NCBI GenBank assembly: GCA_041690395.1 | Contig: JAWLHJ010000004.1 | Coordinates: 401,365-465,364 of the forward strand | Source of the DNA: Longimicrobiales bacterium | GTDB taxonomy: Bacteria > Gemmatimonadota > Gemmatimonadetes > Longimicrobiales > Gaopeijiaceae | Direction of reading: 5' to 3' | DNA: 64,000 bases | Part shown: positions 1-9,836 of the stretch, in pieces | Position numbering within the stretch: the first letter of the stretch is position 1 | Layout: the number at the start of each line of letters is the position of its first letter | Program-made: the position numbers and the translations under genes | Notes under the pieces: generated by a model | What the model was told of the DNA's origin: nothing | What the model saw: only the letters and a program-made list of their open reading frames with translations | Database searches by the model: none

Positions 1-602
1 AGCTCGACTCCCTCCGCTCGGTCAGCCGCCGGGAGACGGTCACGGTCGTGCGCCAGGCCCTAGGGCTGCCGGTGGAGGCCGGCGACAGCATCGGCGCGGA
101 CGGCACCCGGCGGCCGCGCACCGCGGGCATCCTCGCGCGCGACCTCGCCACGCAGCGCATGGTCGTCGAGGCCCGGAGGAGGGCGACGGTCGGCGCGTCC
201 CACGCGCAGGCCATCAACCGATACCAGGTCGAGATCCACAAGAAGCTCGCCATCGCGTTCGCGTGTCTGGTCTTCACCGTCATCGGCCCGCCCCTCGCGC
301 TCCGGTTCCCGCGCGGCGGCGTCGGCATGGTGGTCGCCGCCTCCACGCTCATCTTCAGCGTGTACTGGGTGGGGTTGATCGCTGGTGAAAGTCTCGCGGA
401 TCGCCGGGTGGCGAGTCCCGTGCTGACCATGTGGGGGAGCAACGTCATCTTCCTCCTGGCGGGCATCTGGCTGGTCCGGCACATGGGCGACGCCGGCTCG
501 ACGGTTCGAGGGGGGAGCGGCCGCATGAGCGCGTTCTGGCGGCGGGTCGGCGCCTGGTTCCGGGGCGACCGGATGTCCGAAGCCGGGGCCACCACCCCAT
601 GA
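1..602 (+). CDS. lptF: LPS export ABC permease LptF (YjgP/YjgQ family), 5'-partial
   Basis: C-terminal motif 'VEIHKKLAIAFACLVFTVIGPPLA...RGG', TM helices, 'WGSNVIF'; stop overlaps the start of the next YjgP/Q gene. Confidence 0.8.
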   Translation, partial: LDSLRSVSRRETVTVVRQALGLPVEAGDSIGADGTRRPRTAGILARDLATQRMVVEARRRATVGASHAQAINRYQVEIHKKLAIAFACLVFTVIGPPLALRFPRGGVGMVVAASTLIFSVYWVGLIAGESLADRRVASPVLTMWGSNVIFLLAGIWLVRHMGDAGSTVRGGSGRMSAFWRRVGAWFRGDRMSEAGATTP

Positions 603-1666
603 GGATCCTCGACCGGCTGGTCGCCGGGACCTTCCTCAAGCTCTTCGGTCTGGTGCTGGCCGCGGCGCCTCCGCTCTTCGTGCTCGGAGACGTCACGGAG
701 AACCTGGACCGTCACCTCGACCGGGGCGTCACGGGGCTCGAGGTGACTCAGGCCTACCTCTACCAGCTGCCGCTCTTCTTCCAGTGGTCGTTCCCGATCG
801 CGGCACTGGTGGCGACGGTCTTCACCGTCCACTCCATGACGAGCCACCGGGAGATCGTGGCGGCGAAAGCGGGGGGGATCTCGTTCCACCGGACCGTCGG
901 CCCGATCTTCGTCGTCGGGCTCCTGCTCACGTTGGTCGCGCTCGGACTCGGCGAGGTCGTCCCGCGGGCCAACCGGGTCGCCTCGCAGATCCTCCAGAAC
1001 GAGAACCCGACGCGGTCGTGGCGGTCGGACTTCGTGTACCGGTCGGAGAGCGGCCTAACCTGGCAGGTGTCCCGTCTCACCGCCGCCGACGGCCGCATGA
1101 CGGGGGTGGTCGTGGAGCGCGCCCCGGCCATCGGCGAGCCCGCGCTCCACGTGCTCGCCGAGAGCGCCTACTGGCGCGAGGGAGTCGGATGGACGCTCCA
1201 GGAAGGCTATCTCCGGCGGCTCGCGCCCGACGGCAACGAGCACACGCTCGAGTTCGACCAGCTCGTCATGACCGATCTGGTCGAGCGGCCCGAGGAGCTC
1301 CTGGAGGCGCCCAGGGAGGCGGACGAGATGACGTACGAGGAGATCGAGCGTCAGGCCTCGATCATCCAGCGGTCCGGCGGCGACGCCAACCGTCTTCTCG
1401 TGAAGCGCGAGGAAAAGATCGCGATCCCGGTGGCGACCCTCGTGATCATCCTGTTCGGCGCGCCGCTCGCCACCAGCAGCAAGCGTGGCGGGACGGCCTT
1501 CGGCATCGGGATCTCGCTCGGGATCGTGATTCTGTACATGATGCTCTTCAAGGTGTCGGGCGCGCTCGGGGAGGCCGGGGCGGTTTCACCCCTGTGGGCA
1601 GCCTGGACCCCGAACGTCCTCTTCTTCGTGGGGGCGATCTTCCTGTTGGCTCGAGTAAGGACATAG
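599..1666 (+). CDS. lptG: LPS export ABC permease LptG (YjgP/YjgQ family)
   Basis: Starts MRILDRLV at ATG 599 (ATGA overlap); 'EIVAAKAGGIS', 'KIAIPVATLVIILFGAPLA', 'AAWTPN' motifs. Confidence 0.85.
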   Translation: MRILDRLVAGTFLKLFGLVLAAAPPLFVLGDVTENLDRHLDRGVTGLEVTQAYLYQLPLFFQWSFPIAALVATVFTVHSMTSHREIVAAKAGGISFHRTVGPIFVVGLLLTLVALGLGEVVPRANRVASQILQNENPTRSWRSDFVYRSESGLTWQVSRLTAADGRMTGVVVERAPAIGEPALHVLAESAYWREGVGWTLQEGYLRRLAPDGNEHTLEFDQLVMTDLVERPEELLEAPREADEMTYEEIERQASIIQRSGGDANRLLVKREEKIAIPVATLVIILFGAPLATSSKRGGTAFGIGISLGIVILYMMLFKVSGALGEAGAVSPLWAAWTPNVLFFVGAIFLLARVRT

Positions 1667-1671
1667 TCCGA

Positions 1672-2397
1672 ATGACGCATACCAAGATCCGACGCGGCCG
1701 GGCCGCATCCGGCCTCCTCGCGCTCGTCGCGCTCCTCTCGGCCCTGGCGTGTTCCGGCGGACCGGAGCCCGGCTCTCCCGGTGCCATCGGCGCCCAGATG
1801 GGGACGCACTTCGACCTGGCGCTGGAGCTCCGTGACCACGCCGTTTCCGGGGACCTCACGCGGTTCCGCTCGACCGCGCGGACGCTGTCGACCCTCGAGC
1901 CCACGTCGGATCTGCCCGCCGGTGTCTTCCTCCAGTTCGGGCCGCTCCGGTACGAAGCCGAGGTCGCGGCCGACGCGCGCACGGTCGACGCCGCGGCGCG
2001 GGGCGCGGCCGAGGTGGCCGCCACCTGCGGTGACTGTCACGAGCAGAACGACGTCTCGTTGCCGCCCGCCATCCCCGGACCCGCGGTTTCCCGACCGGTG
2101 ACCGACCCGTCGCTCCACATGGAGCGCCTGTCGCGGGTGACGGGACGGCTCTGGGCCGGGCTCGTGGGACCGAACGAGGCCGACTGGCAGGCCGGGGCTT
2201 CGGACCTCATCGACGCCGGCGGGCTGCCTGGCGGCCTCGAGGGCATGGTGCCGCCCGACATGCTCCAGCAGGCCGCCACGAGGCTCGTGCGGCTGGCGGA
2301 GGAAGCGGTGGGCACGGAGGACGCCCGCTACCGCGTGCGCGCCCTGGGCGAGATCTGGGGAACCTGTGCGGAATGCCACCAGAGGGTGGGGTCGTAG
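1672..2397 (+). CDS. Diheme c-type cytochrome lipoprotein
   Basis: Lipobox LSALAC; two CxxCH motifs (CGDCH, CAECH), each preceded by an upstream Met/His segment. Confidence 0.75.
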   Translation: MTHTKIRRGRAASGLLALVALLSALACSGGPEPGSPGAIGAQMGTHFDLALELRDHAVSGDLTRFRSTARTLSTLEPTSDLPAGVFLQFGPLRYEAEVAADARTVDAAARGAAEVAATCGDCHEQNDVSLPPAIPGPAVSRPVTDPSLHMERLSRVTGRLWAGLVGPNEADWQAGASDLIDAGGLPGGLEGMVPPDMLQQAATRLVRLAEEAVGTEDARYRVRALGEIWGTCAECHQRVGS

Positions 2398-2398
2398 G

Positions 2399-3526
2399 CT
2401 AGGCGCCGCCCTCCGGCGACGCGCCCCCTGCGGCTGCAGGACCCTCTGGCCCCTGCTCCGGTAGGAAGTCCTTGAAGGCCACGCCGAACAGGTCCCAGAC
2501 GGTCAGGAACAGGGCCGCCACGATGGGGCCCACGATGAAGCCGACCAGGCCGAACATGGCGAGGCCGCCGAAGGTCGAGAGCAGCACCAGCAGGTCGTGC
2601 ATCTTCGTGTCCCGACCGATCAGCCGGGGCCGGAGGAAGTTGTCGATGGTGCTCACCACGACCAGCCCCCAGAGCGCGAGTCCCAGCCCCGCCCCCACGC
2701 GGCCCGACGAGATCAGGATCACGGACGCCGGGGCCCACACGATGCCCGACCCGAGCACGGGGATCACCGACAGCACGGCCATCACCGTCGACCAGAACGC
2801 GGCCCCCGCCACGCCGAGGATGAAGAACGCCGACCCGGCGAGCGCACCCTGGATCAGGCCGACCAGGATGGATCCCTTGATCGTGGCGCGGGTCACGGAG
2901 ACGAAGCGGTCGACCAGCTTGCGCTCGCTGTCGTCGTCGAGCGGGGTGAAGTAGAGGATGCGGGACAGGATGGCGGGGCCGTCGGTGAGGAAGAAGTACA
3001 TCGCGTACAGCATCACGAAGAGCTGGAGCACGAGGTTCACCGTCCCCGTGGTGGCGGCCGTGAGATTGTTCACCAGGAACGAGCCCGCCTGGCCCGCGAA
3101 GTCGCTCATGCTTCCGGTGATGGCGGCCTGATCCGGGAGGAGCTGTCCCAGCATCGGGAAGGCGCGTAGCCACGCGATCCATTCCTCCAGCCGCCCCGAC
3201 TGCTGGCGCATCCAGGGACCGGCGGCTTCCGCGATGTCGACCGCCTGCGCCAGGACGAGCGCGAGGAATCCGCCGAGGGGCACCACGATCACCAGAAGAA
3301 GTCCGAGCACCGTGAGGAGCGCCGCGATCTTCGCTCGGCCTCCGATCCGGTCGGCAAGATTCAGGAAGAGTCCCCGCGACATCCCCGCGAAGACGCCCGC
3401 CAGGATGAGCGCGACCAGGAACTGCCGGATCATGACCAGGAACAGGACCGTCATGCCGGCGACGAGGAAGAGCAGGAAGCCCTTCTGGATACGCGCGACG
3501 GGCAGCTCGCGCCCGGGCGTGGTCAC
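2399..3526 (-). CDS. AI-2E family transporter
   Basis: Multi-TM protein with 'IDNFLRPRLIG', 'GGLAMFGLVGFIVGPIVAAL'; GTG start at 3526 overlaps the upstream stop. Confidence 0.9.
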   Translation of the reverse strand: MTTPGRELPVARIQKGFLLFLVAGMTVLFLVMIRQFLVALILAGVFAGMSRGLFLNLADRIGGRAKIAALLTVLGLLLVIVVPLGGFLALVLAQAVDIAEAAGPWMRQQSGRLEEWIAWLRAFPMLGQLLPDQAAITGSMSDFAGQAGSFLVNNLTAATTGTVNLVLQLFVMLYAMYFFLTDGPAILSRILYFTPLDDDSERKLVDRFVSVTRATIKGSILVGLIQGALAGSAFFILGVAGAAFWSTVMAVLSVIPVLGSGIVWAPASVILISSGRVGAGLGLALWGLVVVSTIDNFLRPRLIGRDTKMHDLLVLLSTFGGLAMFGLVGFIVGPIVAALFLTVWDLFGVAFKDFLPEQGPEGPAAAGGASPEGGA

Positions 3527-4320
3527 GGGTCGCTCCCGACGGGCGTGACGGTCAGACGGACCGCCGTGGAGCGCATCAACTGCACGGGGTACCCGCCGTA
3601 GGCGTCGCCGTCCCACAGGAAGAGGCGCGAGCTCCGGAATCTCAGGTCGGCCGGAAGCTCGATGCCGCCCACGAGCTCCCCCGGCAGACGGATCGTGGGA
3701 GGCACGCTGCGTCCCGATACGGCAAGGTCCCCCCCGAGGGTCAGGAGCCAATCGTCCTGCACCGGCGCGGACTCGGCCACCCGGCCGTCGGGGAAGCGTA
3801 CCGCGAGCTCGATCTCACCACCCGGAGCCAGCTCGATGTCCTCCATCGGATCGAGCTCCACGCCTACCGGAACGACCATCTCCGGGAACGGCGTGAATCC
3901 GTCGACGACGGGAAGGGTGAAGCGGAGCGTGTCGCCCTCGAGGGGCACGGTCTCGGCGCCTCGCCAACGGACCGCGCCGATGATGTAATCGACTTCCGGA
4001 TCGATGGTCAGCGACCCCAGGGTGATGGGTCCGACCGATGCGGCCGTCAGAAGCTCACCGTCGTCGTCCACTCCGGCGAGGAAATAGGCATCGATCTCGA
4101 TCCGGGCGAGCCCGGCCTCCGGTTCGTCGACGTCGAGCTCGATCTGCACCGACAGCCGCGGAGGTGAGCTCCGGAACGACACCGGGTCGGGCTCGATGTC
4201 CGTGATGTCGAGCGTGCAGCCCGACAGCAGCGCCAGGGCGCAGACCGCGACGCTGCGCGCACCGGCGATGGCCCGCAAGAGGGCGGGCGGACGTTCGGGG
4301 ACTCGGCGCGGCGCGCTCAA
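3523..4320 (-). CDS. Hypothetical lipoprotein
   Basis: Lipobox LLSGC followed by an acidic beta-rich region; start uncertain (TTG at 4320 overlaps the upstream stop). Confidence 0.55.
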   Translation of the reverse strand: MSAPRRVPERPPALLRAIAGARSVAVCALALLSGCTLDITDIEPDPVSFRSSPPRLSVQIELDVDEPEAGLARIEIDAYFLAGVDDDGELLTAASVGPITLGSLTIDPEVDYIIGAVRWRGAETVPLEGDTLRFTLPVVDGFTPFPEMVVPVGVELDPMEDIELAPGGEIELAVRFPDGRVAESAPVQDDWLLTLGGDLAVSGRSVPPTIRLPGELVGGIELPADLRFRSSRLFLWDGDAYGGYPVQLMRSTAVRLTVTPVGSDP

Positions 4321-5210
4321 TGGATGATCCGCATTTCGGGGCGGGGCACGGAGCGCATCTCGAGGTAGTCCGCCTCGACCTCGAACGGGTTGGCCGCTCG
4401 GTCGAAGACCAGATAGGCTCCGCCCATCGGGATTCCGGGCCACAGCCCGACGTCCACGTAGTCGAGCCAGCGGCCGAGGCCGAGGCCGAGGCGGTCCACC
4501 GCCCACCGCTCGACGGCCATCCCGCCCGATGCATGGACCTGGTCCCACTGCGCGACGTGCACCCGTTCATGCGCCAGCGTGGCTTCGAGCGACGTCGTGC
4601 CCCTCTCGTTCACGAAGATCGCACCCCCGGCCATGGTCCCGAGTGCGTCTTCGAGCTCGGCGCCATCGGTCAGGAACACCGGGGCGCCGGCCGACAGGGA
4701 GCGGCCGGCATCGAAGCGGAGCGACGGATGCGTGATTCCGTACACGAGCCAGTACGTCGCCGTGAGGTCGGCCTTCACGCGGTACATCCCCTCGGTCCGG
4801 TCCACGTGGAGTCGCGCCGGACCGAACGGCACGCTGAACCGGCGTGGAAGAGGGCCACCGCCCGGATCCTGCCCCATCGCGCCGCCGACGCTCGCCAACG
4901 CCCGTCCCATCGCTCCGGCTCCGAAGAATCGCTCCGAGCTCAGCCGTTTTCCCCCGTAGGACACGACTCCGCCCAGCCCACCGTCGAGGAAGCCCTCGGA
5001 AAAGGAGGCTTCGTCCGTCACCACCGCCGTGACGCCACCGACCACCCCTCCGAGGATCGCGTTCGTCGCGGCGAACCCGAACTCCTCCAGCCAGTTCGCG
5101 TTGGCCCACCGCCGTGAGACATCCTGATCCAGCTCCTGGGCCACCAAAGGTGCGGGCAGCGTGAGGGCAAGGACCAGCGTAGGGACCAGGGCGAGACGGA
5201 GCAGGCTCAT
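4317..5210 (-). CDS. Secreted/membrane HExxH protein, putative zinc metallopeptidase
   Basis: Signal peptide, glycine-rich hydrophobic helices, 'AHERVH' and downstream 'FEVEA'; paralog of 8940-9821. Confidence 0.6.
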   Translation of the reverse strand: MSLLRLALVPTLVLALTLPAPLVAQELDQDVSRRWANANWLEEFGFAATNAILGGVVGGVTAVVTDEASFSEGFLDGGLGGVVSYGGKRLSSERFFGAGAMGRALASVGGAMGQDPGGGPLPRRFSVPFGPARLHVDRTEGMYRVKADLTATYWLVYGITHPSLRFDAGRSLSAGAPVFLTDGAELEDALGTMAGGAIFVNERGTTSLEATLAHERVHVAQWDQVHASGGMAVERWAVDRLGLGLGRWLDYVDVGLWPGIPMGGAYLVFDRAANPFEVEADYLEMRSVPRPEMRIIH

Positions 5211-5254
5211 AGAGGAAGGTATACGCAGGGCCCCGCGCGCACGCTACCGGGTTC

Positions 5255-6646
5255 TCAGCCCGGCGGCGCCGCCAGCCTCCCCTCGACCGACTCGAGCAGC
5301 GCCGCCGGGTCGTAGAGCCGGCCCGACTTCACCACCCAGCGCACGTCGCGCGTGTTGCGGATATCCTCGAGAGGATCGCCCCTCACCACGAAGAAGTCCG
5401 CGAGCTTGCCCGGCTCAAGGCTGCCCAGCAGATCCGACATCCCGAACGCGCGGGCGCCGTTCAGCGTCGCGATGCGGAGCACGTCGGCGGCCTCGATCCC
5501 GCACATGTTCAGCGCGTGCATCTCGCGGTGCGCGACGAAGCCCGGCAGCCACACGCCCCAGCTCGGGTGGTCCGTCGCGAGCGCTAGCCTGCCCCCCGCC
5601 TCATGGAACGCCTTCACGAGCGGGCACTTGGTGGCGTGGATCTCGTCGAACTGGGCCAGGTTGAAGTCGGGCCCCCCGTCCTCGATCCAGCGGCGCACCT
5701 CGGGCGTGAGGAAGCGGCTTTCGTCCGTCCAGAACTCGAGCGCCGGGTCGGACTTGCCCTCGATCCCGTAGTAGGCGTAAGCCGTCACGGTGGGATCGTA
5801 CGTGACGTCGTGCTCCTTGAAGAGCCCGACGATCTCGGCGAAGTCCGGCGTGCCCGGCCGGAAATCGGGAAAGCTCGCGTATGCGCTCCGGTCGGCGGGA
5901 AACGCGGGGCCGCCCATGAAGTGCTCGATGCGGTCGATGCCCATGAGGATCGCGTCGCGCGGGTTCACCGAGTTCCGGTAGCCGGAGTCGAGATGCCCCG
6001 TCACCGTGAGCCCGTGGTGGTGCGCCCGCTCGATGAGCCAGCGGAGCGTCTCAGGGTCAGGGCCCTTGGCCTTGAAGCCCCGCACGCCGCGCGACGCCCA
6101 CAAGTCGACCTCGGCGAACAGCTCCTCACGGCTCATCTTCCGCCAGCCGGGCCGCGCGCTTCCGTAGTAGGGGCCCGAGTTGAGCAACCGCGGGCCCGCG
6201 ACTTCTCCCCGTTGGATGCGCAGGCGGAGATCCCACATCCCCTCGGGGTCGTACTCGCCCGCCGGGAACGTCGACGTCACGCCGTTGGCGAGCCAGAGCA
6301 CGGGCGTCACCACCAACTCCTCCCGCCTGGGGCGGCCGAGGAGCTGCATGTTGTAGTGCGCGTGCAGATCGATCAGGCCCGGAAGCACGTAGTCGTCGGG
6401 GCCGAGCTCGAGGCGCTCGGCATCGGTGAGGTCCAGATCGACGTCGATCGAGCCGACGGCCATGAGACGCCCGCCGATCGAGACGAGGCCCGTGTTCGGC
6501 CGCATCTCCCCGGACGCGACGTGGAAGTAATGGCCGCCGGTCACCACGAGGGGGCGGTCCTGGGCGTGGACGGGCCCGGAGGTCCATGTGCCGGCCAACG
6601 AGACGACCGCGGCGGCCACGGCGGACAGGGCTCTGGATACAGTCAC
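5255..6646 (-). CDS. Secreted amidohydrolase family protein
   Basis: 'LPGLIDLHAH', 'GFKAK', 'VTGH', 'IEH', 'LATD', 'GSLEPGKLADF'. Confidence 0.9.
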   Translation of the reverse strand: MTVSRALSAVAAAVVSLAGTWTSGPVHAQDRPLVVTGGHYFHVASGEMRPNTGLVSIGGRLMAVGSIDVDLDLTDAERLELGPDDYVLPGLIDLHAHYNMQLLGRPRREELVVTPVLWLANGVTSTFPAGEYDPEGMWDLRLRIQRGEVAGPRLLNSGPYYGSARPGWRKMSREELFAEVDLWASRGVRGFKAKGPDPETLRWLIERAHHHGLTVTGHLDSGYRNSVNPRDAILMGIDRIEHFMGGPAFPADRSAYASFPDFRPGTPDFAEIVGLFKEHDVTYDPTVTAYAYYGIEGKSDPALEFWTDESRFLTPEVRRWIEDGGPDFNLAQFDEIHATKCPLVKAFHEAGGRLALATDHPSWGVWLPGFVAHREMHALNMCGIEAADVLRIATLNGARAFGMSDLLGSLEPGKLADFFVVRGDPLEDIRNTRDVRWVVKSGRLYDPAALLESVEGRLAAPPG

Positions 6647-6674
6647 CTGGAGTGCCGCTCCCGGGTCGAGGTCA

Positions 6675-7709
6675 TCATGTCATCGGCACCGAGTACCCCA
6701 ATCTCCGAAGCGTGGATGCGCTCCGCTCGATGAAGCGCTCGATCGTCGTCATCGGCACCGAGAGCGTGACCCCATACTGAATCCGGAGGGTCTCCTCCAG
6801 GAACACCGGCCCCCGGTAGGGTAGCGCCGGGTCGTGCGACTCCACCACGTCGGCGGGAGGGACGAGCCGGATCTCGCGCTCGGCGGCGCTTGCCCGGGCC
6901 ATCCCGATCCATTCGAGCGTCCGGCCGTCCCGGCTCACCGCCAGCACGGCCCCGCCGCTCACGCCCTGGTTCCAGTTCCCGTCGACGATGAACGAGCCCC
7001 GGCCGTCACGAACCGGGGTCGCGACCCCCTGGCTGACCATGGGGAAGCCGCCGGGGTAGCCCAGGATGTAGACGAACGAGCCCAGCGACAGGGCCCCGGG
7101 ATCGCCTGGAAGCACTGCCATCGGCCGGGCGTCTCCGAGGCCGTCGGTGCTGGTGGTCCGGAAGCCGATGAGCGCGACGTCCTCCTCTTCGTCCACCGCG
7201 AGCACCTCGAACGTGCGGGATGCGGGAAGGTCCGTCACCCAGTTGGTCTGCCGGCTCTTGATGGAGAGGCTACGGATGCGCCGATCCTCGTCCCGGTCGA
7301 CTTCCCGCTCCGTCCCGAAATACTCGACCACCGTGTCGGCGCGAGCCACGGCATGCGCCGCGGTGAGGAGGAGCACGCTGCGCGGCGTGTTGGACACCAG
7401 GACCGCCGTGGCCCGGCTCGTCTCGGAGAACACGTCCGTGGCGGCTGCCCGTGACGTCACGTCGCCCGCGGCGAGGTCACCCACCGTGGGTGCCCCATCC
7501 TCCGGAAAGAAGTAGAGCTCGTAGGTGACCGAGACCTGGATCTGCTTGACCGACTCGAACGCACGCGTCAACGCGCCCGACATGTCGCTCGTCGGCATCG
7601 CGGCCAGATACCCGCCCGGCCCAGACGGCGCCGAGCCGGCCGTGCCGGCGCACCCCGCGGCGAGCGAGCCCGCGCATAGGGCGACGACGATCGTCGGATG
7701 CCGGAGCAT
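6675..7709 (-). CDS. Trypsin-like serine protease lipoprotein
   Basis: Lipobox LAAGC; catalytic triad motifs 'LLTAAH', 'DVALI', 'GVSGG'. Confidence 0.8.
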   Translation of the reverse strand: MLRHPTIVVALCAGSLAAGCAGTAGSAPSGPGGYLAAMPTSDMSGALTRAFESVKQIQVSVTYELYFFPEDGAPTVGDLAAGDVTSRAAATDVFSETSRATAVLVSNTPRSVLLLTAAHAVARADTVVEYFGTEREVDRDEDRRIRSLSIKSRQTNWVTDLPASRTFEVLAVDEEEDVALIGFRTTSTDGLGDARPMAVLPGDPGALSLGSFVYILGYPGGFPMVSQGVATPVRDGRGSFIVDGNWNQGVSGGAVLAVSRDGRTLEWIGMARASAAEREIRLVPPADVVESHDPALPYRGPVFLEETLRIQYGVTLSVPMTTIERFIERSASTLRRLGYSVPMT

Positions 7710-8338
7710 CAGGTCAGCGTGGCGAGGACCTCCAGCACGAGACCGTTCGACGCGGCGACGAAGCCTCCCAGGTCGTCGCGCATCTCGTCGATCTGTCGCC
7801 GGTCCTGCTCGAGGTGCTCCAGCATCTGGTCACGGAGCTTGGCGTACCCCTCGAGCTTCTTCTCGAGCGCGGCGGCCGCACTCGTCGCCTCGTCCGCGTC
7901 GGCCACGACCACGGTCTCGGTCTTGGTCACCAACCGGCGCTGGCCGTCTCGCGCCGTGTGGGAGTATTCGACCTCGGCCGGATACTCCGCGTCGGGATTC
8001 TCCGCCAGCGCGCGCAGCGTGCTCGTCACCTCTTCGAGGGCGTCGATCTCGGCCCGCTTCTCATCGAGCAGGGAGACCAGGTCGCTGTCGAGGGCCTTCG
8101 CGCCGAACTCCGCCAGCTCGGTCATGTGCTTCTTCACGGCCGCCGCCCGATCCGTCCGGCCTCCGGGGATCAGGCTCCAGTCGAGCACCTCGCCCGCGGT
8201 TGCAAGCGCCCGGCGGAGCTGCTCGCGCTGACGAACCACCAGGGATCCGTCCTGGCGAAGGCGTTCCAGAGCGAGAAAGGCCAGGGTCCGACCCGTTTCG
8301 TTGAGCTCCGGGTTACCCTCGATCAATGACTTCGGCAT
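7709..8338 (-). CDS. Hypothetical coiled-coil protein
   Basis: 209-aa charged helical ORF, translationally coupled to the protease gene. Confidence 0.6.
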   Translation of the reverse strand: MPKSLIEGNPELNETGRTLAFLALERLRQDGSLVVRQREQLRRALATAGEVLDWSLIPGGRTDRAAAVKKHMTELAEFGAKALDSDLVSLLDEKRAEIDALEEVTSTLRALAENPDAEYPAEVEYSHTARDGQRRLVTKTETVVVADADEATSAAAALEKKLEGYAKLRDQMLEHLEQDRRQIDEMRDDLGGFVAASNGLVLEVLATLT

Positions 8339-8469
8339 GACGAATCACATCCGCGCGTTCGGGTTAAAATCCAGGTCCGATAACGTGCTACACCGCAGAG
8401 GTCCAAATGGTACCGCGTGTCACGCGCGAGCCGTTTCGCGCGTTTCCCTTGTGTCCACACGGAGGTACC

Positions 8470-8976
8470 ATGCGTCTCATCGGCTTCGCTACCGGCGCCC
8501 TGATCCTCGCCGCCTGCGGCGGGGGGAACCTTCTGCTGCCCGAGCTCGGGGCCGACCTGACCCGCTTCGGGGGCTGCGGGGACGTCTTCATGTATGCCGC
8601 CGACGAGCACGACCGCGTCATGGTCACGTTCCAGGCCCAGGGTCTGATCGAGGAAGCACGCGCCTCGGGGGAGGACGAGGTCGACGTCGTGCTCGACCTG
8701 TCGACCTCGGCGGCCACCGTCCGGCTCGACCACGGTGAGCGCGTCTCGTCCAACGCGTGCAACGACGTGCTCGTCTCCCCTGGCCCCAGGGTCGACCTCG
8801 TCTGGACCGCCACGGCGGGCTCGGCTACACTGCAAATTCGCCCGGTATCCGGCTCCGAGGCGGCTTTCGCGGACCTCGTGCTGGAAGGCGTCGTGTTGTC
8901 GTCGGATGACGCCGACGACATCACCCTGGAGGAGGTGACGTGGACGGACGTGTTCGTGGGGTGGTATCCGGGGTAG
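8470..8976 (+). CDS. Hypothetical lipoprotein
   Basis: GGAGG RBS then ATG 8470; lipobox LAAC. Confidence 0.7.
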   Translation: MRLIGFATGALILAACGGGNLLLPELGADLTRFGGCGDVFMYAADEHDRVMVTFQAQGLIEEARASGEDEVDVVLDLSTSAATVRLDHGERVSSNACNDVLVSPGPRVDLVWTATAGSATLQIRPVSGSEAAFADLVLEGVVLSSDDADDITLEEVTWTDVFVGWYPG

Positions 8977-9821
8977 CCCTCCTGGCCCTTCTTCTCGCGC
9001 CCGGGTCGACCAGCGCTCAAGGCGCGCCCGGACCGGGTGTCTACTACGACGCACCATCCGAGCATCCGGCCTTCGCCGCATTCCGGACCGCGGAGACGGC
9101 CCTGATGAACGTGTTCGTCGGCGGCCTCGTGACCGGAGTCGGGTCCTGGCTCCGGGGTGAGGGCTTCTTCCCGGCCTTCGGCTGGGGCGCAGTCGGAGGC
9201 GCACTCTCGTTCTCCGGGAAGTACCTCGCCGGACGCCACCCGCACGGAGGGGGGCTGGTCGGGCGCCAGGTGGCCGAGGTCGGGCACAGCATCGCGCTGA
9301 ACAGCTCCCGTGGACAAGGTCCGCTGGATGAGCTGTGGCTCGCGTTCGGACCGGGCCGGATCCGTATCCGCGACAATGGCCACGCACAGGGCCCGCCACT
9401 CCGTATCAACCTCTCGAGCCTCGCGGTGGCGGCGGAGTACGCTTTCCGCTCCGATACGCGCTTCTCCCCGGGAGAGAGCCTGGCATCGGGCGCCCTGGTG
9501 TTCGAGGCCAGCAACGGACCGGCCGGCTTCCGGGACGACCTCGAGGTACACGGGATCGCGCGCGGGTCCGTGGTCCTGCTGAGCGGAACCGGGGGCTTCG
9601 ACCGGACCTCGACCTTCGGGCACGAGCTCGTGCACGTCATCCAGTCCGACCACGCGACCCGGCTCATCACCGCCCCGCTGGAGCAGTATGTGCTGGGCCG
9701 CGTGGGCCTCACGGGTCCGGTCATCGGCGCGATCGAGGTGTCGAACGGGATCCTGCTCTTCAACCGCAGGCCGTTTCTGCGATTTCTCGAGACCGAGGCG
9801 GAGCGGCTGCAGCGCCGCTAG
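8940..9821 (+). CDS. Secreted/membrane HExxH protein, putative zinc metallopeptidase
   Basis: Signal peptide, 'GHELVH', 'LETEA'; aligns by eye with 4317-5210. Confidence 0.6.
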   Translation: MDGRVRGVVSGVALLALLLAPGSTSAQGAPGPGVYYDAPSEHPAFAAFRTAETALMNVFVGGLVTGVGSWLRGEGFFPAFGWGAVGGALSFSGKYLAGRHPHGGGLVGRQVAEVGHSIALNSSRGQGPLDELWLAFGPGRIRIRDNGHAQGPPLRINLSSLAVAAEYAFRSDTRFSPGESLASGALVFEASNGPAGFRDDLEVHGIARGSVVLLSGTGGFDRTSTFGHELVHVIQSDHATRLITAPLEQYVLGRVGLTGPVIGAIEVSNGILLFNRRPFLRFLETEAERLQRR

Positions 9822-9836
9822 AAGGGGAGCCGGCTC

